Below are positions 7,808 to 14,887 of a stretch of DNA of 56,962 nt, piece by piece. How positions within the stretch are numbered: position 1 is the stretch's first letter; each line of letters begins with the position of its first letter. The translations under genes and the position numbers were made by a program. The notes under the pieces are model-generated. The model had not been told where the DNA came from. It saw only the letters and a program-made list of their open reading frames with translations, and did not search any database. Source of the DNA: a virus; IMG/VR virus record IMGVR_UViG_3300045988_070064, positions 1 through 56,962 of that record. One strand, given 5' to 3'.

Positions 7808-8515
7808 ATGGCAGAAAATGGAAATACCGAAAAAATCGAATTAGAACAGATTGAGGCGGAGCAGATGCCGGAAGTCTACGACAGCCAGATAGCCGCCTGC
7901 ATAGATGAATATTGTAGGCTGAAAAAACCACCCATAAAAGACATGAGCAAAGAGCCACAGAATATTTGGAATGGTGCCTTGATGTATACAAACAGATGTT
8001 TGTTTAAGGATAGGGATATTTTAAGAGACAAGCGAAATATTGAAATCCCCGGAGCAGTTCAGAAATCCAACTGCAATAGATATGATATATCAAAGCTTGA
8101 GAAGGTGCTGGAATCTTACGCCTATTTATGTGTCATGAATGACAAAGAGATATCAAGGGCAGGCTTTTCATTCCTTACAGGAATTTCGAGTGATGTGATT
8201 AACGCGTGGGCGACGAATAAGCCGGGAAGATTAAGCGATGCCCCTTATCGCCTCACGCAAAAAATAGACGCTTTACGTGAAGAATCATTAAGCGCCAAAC
8301 TGTCAACGGCAGGAAACAAAGCCATGGGGATTTTGGCAATTCTCAACCACCAATTCCGCTGGAATCTGCCAGGAGTATCACGAGAGAATGCCCAGCGCGC
8401 TTCATTGGGTGCAGCTGATTTACCAAAACTTGGAGAATCTGCACCGGTTCAAGTGTTGGAATCGGCAGAAAAACAAGATATAGTGGCAGAGGAAGAAATG
8501 ACCACTACATATTGA
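7808..8515 (+). CDS. terS: Terminase small-subunit-like protein
   Basis: ATG 7808 after AGGAGGTGG; ...ISRAGFSFLTGISSDVINAW (HTH-like) and GNKAMGILAILNHQFRWNLPGVSRE resemble Firmicute-phage TerS (from memory). Confidence 0.5.
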   Translation: MAENGNTEKIELEQIEAEQMPEVYDSQIAACIDEYCRLKKPPIKDMSKEPQNIWNGALMYTNRCLFKDRDILRDKRNIEIPGAVQKSNCNRYDISKLEKVLESYAYLCVMNDKEISRAGFSFLTGISSDVINAWATNKPGRLSDAPYRLTQKIDALREESLSAKLSTAGNKAMGILAILNHQFRWNLPGVSRENAQRASLGAADLPKLGESAPVQVLESAEKQDIVAEEEMTTTY

Positions 8516-8720
8516 CTTACTCTATTTGACAAACTATGGTTTGTCCAAGAGAGCGAAAGAAAGCAAGCAAAACCCGAACAGATGAGCGGATCCGGCAGAG
8601 ATTTGAGCAGATCCGCACCGAATGGACTGGAAGATGGGGAGGGGGTCTATATACGAACGTACGTTCGCCCTATTAAGTCCCCCAAATATCCCCAAAAACA
8701 AAAAACGGAGGTTGAGCCGA

Positions 8721-8930
8721 ATGAGAATAGTTTCACAAAGCCAAGATATATCTATCCCGTTAGACATAGCCGTGTTGAGACGAGATGGAATGACAATAAA
8801 TGCCGAGTTAGAAAACGGTAAAAATTATTTGTTAGGCGCGTATGAATCAGAAGAATCCGCGCAGGAAGAATTTAATCGAGTGAGCTCACTTATAAGTGCT
8901 GGACACTTGAACATAATACTAGGTAGTTAG
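8721..8930 (+). CDS. Small conserved phage protein (paralog of 38777-39067)
   Basis: ATG 8721 after ACGGAGG; MRIVSQSQDISIPLD...GAYESEESAQEEF parallels MRLISQDGTFDVPYD...ASYSSEEKAIKVM. Confidence 0.6.
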   Translation: MRIVSQSQDISIPLDIAVLRRDGMTINAELENGKNYLLGAYESEESAQEEFNRVSSLISAGHLNIILGS

Positions 8931-8963
8931 AATTTTTTGATATAACTTGTCCTTTTTCTTTAC

Positions 8964-8994
8964 ACCGTGCAGGTCGGTCAAATGTCTGTACGGT
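8964..8994 (+). ncRNA. Hairpin H1 with CGGTCAAATGT loop
   Basis: 9-bp stem ACCGTGCAG/CTGTACGGT; 13-nt loop containing CGGTCAAATGT (8975-8985). Confidence 0.6.
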
Positions 8995-9107
8995 TTACGG
9001 GGCTTAGCCGAGTTCCAAACTGTGGAAATCAAACACCGAGATCAGCGGTGCCGTGACAGTCGGTATTGGGTTGAAATACCTTTTTCATAATACCTCATAT
9101 TTGATTT

Positions 9108-9135
9108 CTGCTGTGGCGGTCAAATGTCATGGCAG
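9108..9135 (+). ncRNA. Hairpin H2 with CGGTCAAATGT loop
   Basis: 8-bp stem CTGCTGTG/CATGGCAG (a different sequence from H1); 12-nt loop containing the same CGGTCAAATGT (9117-9127). Confidence 0.6.
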
Positions 9136-9307
9136 AATTTAGGCAGGTTTAATAGTTCCTCCCTATTGATGATGTGAAAATCAAGTTTTGCTTTCCAGAG
9201 CAGAGCCGTTATAGCCGGTGGTTTTTAGAGTTTCTCATTACATGGGGAAACACTCCTTTCTATGATGTGTGTGCGTGCCTTTTGTCATTTTCATCACGCA
9301 CACAAAA

Positions 9308-9393
9308 CGGATTGCCGCATACTTGGCTGGATGCATTTGGGGAGAGATGTGTCTGATCTCGTGGGGTAAAAGGTTCGAATCCTTGCAATCCGA
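9308..9393 (+). ncRNA. tRNA-like element 1 (non-canonical, 86 nt)
   Basis: 8-bp acceptor helix CGGATTGC/GCAATCCG, D-like arm GCAT/ATGC, 5-bp GAGAT/ATCTC arm with loop GTGTCTG, T arm AAGG-TTCGAAT-CCTT; 9 extra nt between the D and anticodon-type arms. Confidence 0.45.
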
Positions 9394-9539
9394 TTATCGC
9401 CTAAGCCGAGTAAACGACACGGCGATATACTTTGGTAGTGGTGACAAGGTGTCAGTCTACTAAAAAAATCAAATAAGGGCAAGCCAAGGAATTATTCAGA
9501 TTAAACAATCTTTTCATCGTTCATGACTTGGCTTGTGTT

Positions 9540-9676
9540 GGATGATGCAAGGGGCAGGCAGCGTATTTTTATTCTTTACCGAGATGTCAAGGATCCTGAT
9601 ATATTAGGCGAGAATGAATTTATGTGATCGTTGCGCGCAAAAGGTCAGCCGTGCGGTTCAAGTCCGCACTCATCCA
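9540..9676 (+). ncRNA. tRNA-like element 2 (T arm plus distant acceptor-like pairing)
   Basis: Perfect T arm TGCGG-TTCAAGT-CCGCA (9652-9668); 3' CTCATCC pairs 6/7 with GGATGAT at 9540; about 104 nt intervene. Confidence 0.3.
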
Positions 9677-9861
9677 AAAACATTGCCGTTGGCCGGCAGT
9701 ATGAATGACATTGCTTTTAGCAAGCATTTTGAAATTTTGAGCGTCAGAAAAGACGATAAAATCAAACGGTGCCAAATGGCACCTATGACCGTATCTAAAC
9801 GACACACTACTGTAGTTGGGCTTTATCTACTGTAGTGAAAAGCCCTGGATGCGGTCATTAT

Positions 9862-9921
9862 GCAAGTGTATATGCCATGAGGGGCAATATTAAATTATGG
9901 GTTCGAATCCCATCACTTGCT
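9862..9921 (+). ncRNA. tRNA-like element 3 (60 nt, lacks D arm)
   Basis: 7-bp acceptor GCAAGTG/CACTTGC, perfect T arm ATGGG-TTCGAAT-CCCAT, and a single bulged hairpin in between. Confidence 0.45.
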
Positions 9922-10051
9922 TTGTTGCCTTATACTATCAGGGCAACAGAACCCCATTCATTATATTTGCATGGTCGTTGCTGGAATCCGGCAAGGTAAG
10001 AAATCGGCAGATTCGCCATGCAGATTCCGCAAATTAAAGGAGTGAAGAAAA

Positions 10052-10231
10052 ATGGCAAAAGGCGTACACAAGATTGACAAGGAAAAATTTTATTATGCGT
10101 ACAATCAATGGGCGGAATGTAAGATGAGCCTAACAAAAGCGGCAAAGTACGTCGGAGTTAGCCCGCCAACAATCAGTAAATATTTTTGGAAACTTATAAA
10201 TGGAGAAGAGTTTCCGGATAATTTGTTTTAA
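10052..10231 (+). CDS. Small HTH DNA-binding protein (59 aa)
   Basis: AAAGGAG RBS; ...SLTKAAKYVGVSPPTISKYF is HTH-like; just below the track cutoff. Confidence 0.55.
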   Translation: MAKGVHKIDKEKFYYAYNQWAECKMSLTKAAKYVGVSPPTISKYFWKLINGEEFPDNLF

Positions 10232-10270
10232 GGGGAAAGTGCAGGAAAGATTTTGAGAGGTTTATGAGAA

Positions 10271-10420
10271 ATGATTATGAGAAGAATGATTGATTTTGTA
10301 AAATCTTGGATTTATTATCCCAAAATGATTAAATACCTAAAAGACAGATGCGGAATAGATTATTATTGTTCAAGATTAAGATATTCTTGGTGGCATTGCC
10401 ATGCAGGAAAATTAAAATAA
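10271..10420 (+). CDS. Possible small Cys/Trp-rich ORF (49 aa)
   Basis: Open frame with several candidate ATGs; weak RBS (GAGAGG). Confidence 0.3.
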   Translation: MIMRRMIDFVKSWIYYPKMIKYLKDRCGIDYYCSRLRYSWWHCHAGKLK

Positions 10421-10452
10421 TTTGCTGATTATCAGCGGAAAGGAATCATATT

Positions 10453-10836
10453 ATGAAAAAATTATTTGTGAGCGTGCCTATGAAAGGCAGAACAGAAGAG
10501 GAAATCAAAGCAAGTATACAGAAAATGAAAAAAATTGCTGAAATCTACGAGGGCGAAGAACTGGAACTAATTGACAGTTACATCGAGGACAATCCACCGG
10601 AGAACAATAATCAGGCAATTTGGTATCTTGGTGAAAGCCTGAAAAAGTTGTCAGAAGCAGATGTGTTTATTGGAATCAATGAGAGTTACCAATGGAGCGG
10701 ACGCCAGATTGAAAGAGAAACAGTCTTGGCATATGGAATCAAAAATTATGCAGTCCCGGCGAATTATGTAATTGAAAAATACGATGAACTCTTTGATAAA
10801 TTACATCCGGTTTGTTGCAATGAAGCATCAAATTAA
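10453..10836 (+). CDS. Hypothetical protein (nucleoside 2-deoxyribosyltransferase-like / DUF4406-like fold suspected)
   Basis: MKKLFVSVPMKGRT..., ...ADVFIG...W.G.QIE...A..YGI pattern; weak recollection only. Confidence 0.3.
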   Translation: MKKLFVSVPMKGRTEEEIKASIQKMKKIAEIYEGEELELIDSYIEDNPPENNNQAIWYLGESLKKLSEADVFIGINESYQWSGRQIERETVLAYGIKNYAVPANYVIEKYDELFDKLHPVCCNEASN

Positions 10837-10852
10837 CAAGGAGGTTATAGTT

Positions 10853-11257
10853 ATGTTTACAATAGCACAATGGGTAGTTTTAGTGTTTTTACTTTTGATT
10901 GGGCTTGGTATAAGTCTTGCGTTTTTTGTAGATAAAGACACTAGAATTGCTGGCTTGGTAATTGTTTTTAGTACAGTTGTTGTTACTGTTTTGCTTGCGA
11001 TTTTTTTACACTGGTACAACACATCAACCGCAAGCGGAATCAGAGGCATGAAAGATTTCCGATCAAACCTTTCAAATGGTATTGAGCGAGAAATTACGAT
11101 TACCACGGAAGATGGTAGAGAAGTTTTTCACTATCAAGGGAAAATTGATGTAGAAAGCGATCATACCGATAATTACATCAAGTTTGAAAGTGAAGACGGA
11201 AAAAGGTACATAATTTACTATGGTATACAAGATACTGTAAAAATTATTGAAAAATGA
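10853..11257 (+). CDS. Two-TM membrane protein
   Basis: ATG 10853 after AAGGAGG; two hydrophobic helices, then a soluble domain. Confidence 0.65.
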   Translation: MFTIAQWVVLVFLLLIGLGISLAFFVDKDTRIAGLVIVFSTVVVTVLLAIFLHWYNTSTASGIRGMKDFRSNLSNGIEREITITTEDGREVFHYQGKIDVESDHTDNYIKFESEDGKRYIIYYGIQDTVKIIEK

Positions 11258-11314
11258 AAATAAAAAATTAACCGACTGAAAATAGATTCAGCCGCTAACC
11301 TAAAAAAATTATAG

Positions 11315-11342
11315 GCGGAAGTAAACACACTTCCGCTTTCTG
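11315..11342 (+). terminator. Probable terminator
   Basis: GCGGAAG/CTTCCGC stem, then TTTCTGT. Confidence 0.5.
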
Positions 11343-11357
11343 TGGAGGTGCATCTTT

Positions 11358-14138
11358 ATGTCAGCCGAATTGCGGCAAAGAATCCAAGAATATGAAAATT
11401 ACATAAAGCAAAATGGCATTGACGAAGATGCTATTGAAGCATACGTGCAGGCTTGTCAAGTAGCCATAGAGAGAGAAAAAGATATCAAGTATGGATTGAT
11501 ACTCACTAGTCGAGCAAAAGAGATTATAGAGCAATTTATCAAGGATTCCACCGGGGGAAATTCATGGGACCTGGAAAAATATTGCTTTGAAAACGATGTT
11601 TCCTACGAAATCTTAGATAAATTGTATGAGGTTTTGCTTTTGGAAGCCAGAAACAAGGTTGTTGATAGTTTTTTTAGGTACATTGAGAAGAAAAGATTGC
11701 CGAAAGAGCGGTTTTATATGCCGCGGAGAAAGCAATTTATAAAAATTGGTCTTATAGATGCTTTGCAAGGGATGATAGATGACAAATACGACATTTTGTG
11801 CATATCTCTTCCACCGGGGACTGGAAAAGCGCAGCCAATGTATTCAAAAGTGCTTACACCGGACGGATTTGTGAAAATGGGAGATATAAAAGTTGGTTCA
11901 AAAGTTGTCGCTGGAAATGGGAACGTTGCCAATGTCGTTGGAGTTTATCCGCAAGGAAAACGAGATATATATGAAATGACACTTGATGATGGTTCAAAAT
12001 GCCGTTGCTCTGACGAACATTTATGGACCGTCCAAAACAGAGAAGATCGTATCTATGAATCTAAAACAGGAGTTCATAGACAAAGAACAATTACATTGTC
12101 TGATTTGATGAAAAAATTGACCGTAGAAAGCGGAAAACGGTCTAATTATTCAATCGACTATGTAAAACCGATTGATTTTCCACAAAAAGAGTTGTTATTG
12201 CACCCATATGTAATGGGAGCATTACTTGGTGATGGTGGATTGTCTGGTGGTTCGGTTCGATTTTCTACATCAGATATGGAAATTGTTGACAGGATGAACC
12301 GCTATCTTCCAAACGGATATAGACTCAAACATGTGTCGAACTATGATTACGCAGTTGTTGGACATGAGGGGAACAATACAAAAAATGGAAGCCTTGTTTC
12401 TATTGCATTGAAAAAATACGGATTGTTTGGCAAAAAAAGCGAAGATAAGTTTATACCAAATGATTATCAGCATGCTTCAAATGAACAAAGATTATGGTTA
12501 TTGCGAGGTTTGCTAGATACAGATGGAAGTTGCGAAAAAACAAGTATTGAGTATACTACGTGTTCTGAAGAACTGGCGCAAAATGTCAAAGACTTGGTGC
12601 ATTCGCTAGGAGGATATGTGCATGAAACAGTTAGGAATTCCGGATATAAAAAAGACGGAAAATTCATTGAATGCAAACCGTCTCATAGGCTAACGATACA
12701 GTTTTTCAAAGAAAACGAATCTGTATTTGCACTATCAAGACATAAAGAAAAATACAATCCACAAAGAAAAAATGTAAAGCGATTTATAAAGTCAGTTGAG
12801 TATATCGGTAGAGAAGAATGTCAGTGCATTATGATTGATGATCCGTGCCACTTGTATATTACGGATGATTATATCATTACGCACAACACGACGATCGAAA
12901 AGTTTTTCCATTCTGCCGTTATAGGCTGGTATTCGAACGGATATAACCTTTTTTATTCACATAGTGGCGACATTACCAGAATGTACTATGATGGCGTATA
13001 TGACATCGTAACGAACGCAGACGAGTACACATGGAACGAGATATTTCCAAGGCTCAAAGTAACAAGCACAAATGCAAAGTTGGAAACGTTTAATGTAGGA
13101 AAGTATAAGCCATTCCAGTCTGTTCAATGTACGTCCGTTGGAAGTAAGAATGCCGGAAAAGTGCGTGCGAATAAATTTTTGCTTGTAGATGACATGATCG
13201 GTGGTATTGAAGAAGCATTAAATCCACTTTACCTTGATAAATTGTGGGGAAAATATGCTGTAGATGCAAGACAGAGAAAGATTCCGGACGAGGATGGAAA
13301 CCCATGTAAAGAGATACATATTGCTACGAGGTGGAGTGTCCGCGATGTCATTGGACGCATTATACAGGCCTATGAGGGCAACAAAAGAGTAAAAGTAATA
13401 TCAGTACCAGACATTGATCCAGTAACTGGAGAAAGCAATTTTGACTTTGAGTTTGGGGGATATACTGTAAAAGATTTTGAAGATATACAGTTACTTATGG
13501 ACGAAATCTCTTATCGTTGTCTGTACAAGCAGGATCCAATAGAGCGAGAGGGCTTACTGTTTCCAGAAGATAAGATTCGACGTTATCTTAATCTGCCACA
13601 CGGAGAACCAGAGATAATTACCAGTCAATGCGACACAAAGGGGAAAGGAACAGACTATTTTGTACTTCCAGTATTGCAGAAATATGGAGAAGATTACTAT
13701 TGCGTCGATTGTGTGTGTGATAATACGGCGGATTATGAGATGCAGTATGAAAATTCCGCTAATGTGCTGGTGAATAATCAAGTGCAGGAATGCGAGTTTG
13801 AGAGAAATGCTGGTGGAGACCGCGTTGGTATGGAAGTAAATAAACGTGTCGAAAGCAAAGGATGGATATGCAATATTACAGACACACCGACAGAGACAAA
13901 CAAAGAAGCAAGAATTTTCCAGTGTTCTAACTGGATTTTACAGCACGTAATATTCAAGGATCCATCATTGTATAAGCCTAACGAACCATATGGAGTGATG
14001 ATGTCTTTGTTAAAACAGTATTCTGTTTCCGGAAAAAAGCAGTTAGATGATGTTCCAGATGTGTTTTCTAACTTTGCGTTAAGGGTAACTGGTGGAAACA
14101 AGACAAGAAAAGCAGTTATTATTGCAAGTCCGATATAG
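11358..14138 (+). CDS. terL: Terminase large subunit, intein-containing precursor
   Basis: 926 aa. Walker A LPPGTGK is interrupted; removing residues 158-510 restores GTGKTT. LLVDDM Walker B-like motif. Lies upstream of the portal gene. Confidence 0.85.
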   Translation: MSAELRQRIQEYENYIKQNGIDEDAIEAYVQACQVAIEREKDIKYGLILTSRAKEIIEQFIKDSTGGNSWDLEKYCFENDVSYEILDKLYEVLLLEARNKVVDSFFRYIEKKRLPKERFYMPRRKQFIKIGLIDALQGMIDDKYDILCISLPPGTGKAQPMYSKVLTPDGFVKMGDIKVGSKVVAGNGNVANVVGVYPQGKRDIYEMTLDDGSKCRCSDEHLWTVQNREDRIYESKTGVHRQRTITLSDLMKKLTVESGKRSNYSIDYVKPIDFPQKELLLHPYVMGALLGDGGLSGGSVRFSTSDMEIVDRMNRYLPNGYRLKHVSNYDYAVVGHEGNNTKNGSLVSIALKKYGLFGKKSEDKFIPNDYQHASNEQRLWLLRGLLDTDGSCEKTSIEYTTCSEELAQNVKDLVHSLGGYVHETVRNSGYKKDGKFIECKPSHRLTIQFFKENESVFALSRHKEKYNPQRKNVKRFIKSVEYIGREECQCIMIDDPCHLYITDDYIITHNTTIEKFFHSAVIGWYSNGYNLFYSHSGDITRMYYDGVYDIVTNADEYTWNEIFPRLKVTSTNAKLETFNVGKYKPFQSVQCTSVGSKNAGKVRANKFLLVDDMIGGIEEALNPLYLDKLWGKYAVDARQRKIPDEDGNPCKEIHIATRWSVRDVIGRIIQAYEGNKRVKVISVPDIDPVTGESNFDFEFGGYTVKDFEDIQLLMDEISYRCLYKQDPIEREGLLFPEDKIRRYLNLPHGEPEIITSQCDTKGKGTDYFVLPVLQKYGEDYYCVDCVCDNTADYEMQYENSANVLVNNQVQECEFERNAGGDRVGMEVNKRVESKGWICNITDTPTETNKEARIFQCSNWILQHVIFKDPSLYKPNEPYGVMMSLLKQYSVSGKKQLDDVPDVFSNFALRVTGGNKTRKAVIIASPI
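11829..12887 (+). mobile_element. Intein (353 aa) with double-motif LAGLIDADG homing endonuclease
   Basis: Starts Ala-158 right after GTGK, ends ...IITHN|T. Block A-like SKVLTPDGFVKMGDIKVG, block B SDEHLW. LAGLIDADG motifs VMGALLGDGG and LLRGLLDTDGS. Confidence 0.8.
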
Positions 14139-14148
14139 GAGGGATGTT

Positions 14149-14571
14149 ATGACAACAAAAGAATATTTGAATCAAATAAACCGATTGAATCGGATGATAA
14201 ATAACAAATTGGCAGAAATAGCACAGTTAAGGGAATTGTCTCGTAGCATTTCTTCTGTGTCAACCGAAGAACGAGTAAAAAGCACACCAAACTTTGATCG
14301 TATTGGAAACACATATGCAAAAATTGATGAAATGGAAAAAAATCTTGATAAGATAATTGATGATTTTACTGAAAAAAAACAAAAAATCATTAGTCAAATT
14401 GATAGTATGGAAAACGAAAACGTTTATAATGTGCTTTTTTCTCATTACATCGAAAAGAAATCGTTTGAAAAGATTTCTGTGGAAATGGATTATTCATACA
14501 GACAAACGATTCGGCTTCATGGAAAAGCATTGCGTCAATTTGAAGAAAAATTCGGTGATGAATATTTGTAA
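14149..14571 (+). CDS. Sigma-70 region-4-like HTH regulator (RinA/ArpU/DUF1492-type)
   Basis: ATG 14149 after GGAGGG; coiled N-terminus, C-terminal ...FEKISVEMDYSYRQTIRLHGKALRQF is HTH-like. Confidence 0.4.
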   Translation: MTTKEYLNQINRLNRMINNKLAEIAQLRELSRSISSVSTEERVKSTPNFDRIGNTYAKIDEMEKNLDKIIDDFTEKKQKIISQIDSMENENVYNVLFSHYIEKKSFEKISVEMDYSYRQTIRLHGKALRQFEEKFGDEYL

Positions 14572-14690
14572 AAAAATAAAAGATGTCATGGAATGTCACA
14601 TATGAGTTATGATATTATTATACTAGGAAATAAAGAAAGTTTTTGGCATCGCGTATTGCGGTGTCTTTTTTATTGCAAGGGGAAAGGCAT

Positions 14691-14876
14691 ATGGTTACAG
14701 TATATTGTCCGCAGTGCGGAAGAAAAGTAGGAAGCCATAACGGAATCACAAAAATGAATTTGGCTTTTAATTGTAAAAAGTGCAAGAAGAGAATTTTATA
14801 TGACCCGGTAACGGCAAAAGTAACAGTAACGAAAATGCTTGAACGAACGACTTCAAGCGGAATGAGATTTGTTTAG
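14691..14876 (+). CDS. Com-like zinc-ribbon protein
   Basis: ATG 14691 after GGGGAAAGG; CPQCGRK...NCKKCKKR four-Cys ribbon; C-terminal TSSGMRF. Confidence 0.5.
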   Translation: MVTVYCPQCGRKVGSHNGITKMNLAFNCKKCKKRILYDPVTAKVTVTKMLERTTSSGMRFV

Positions 14877-14887
14877 GTGGTGTGACA

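Larger units (their letters stand above)
8931..10051 (+). ncRNA. Large helix-dense non-coding locus (candidate structured RNA(s))
   Basis: No ORF with an RBS. A dozen or more hand-foldable helices, three tRNA-type T-loops in + orientation, and recurring motifs. Confidence 0.55.

Noticed and set aside
9174-9835. Six 60-73-aa ORFs in the RNA locus, three on each strand (9174-9356, 9269-9463, 9294-9482, 9614-9835, 9620-9805, 9930-10145)
   Set aside because: They have no RBS, mutually overlap in several frames, and coincide with strong helices and T-loop motifs. I treat the region as non-coding.
9308-9921. Calling the three T-loop elements as ordinary tRNA genes
   Set aside because: None yields a canonical cloverleaf by hand. 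Element 1 has a 9-nt insertion and U at position 37. Element 2 needs about 104 extra nt. Element 3 lacks a D arm. I report them as tRNA-like ncRNA only.
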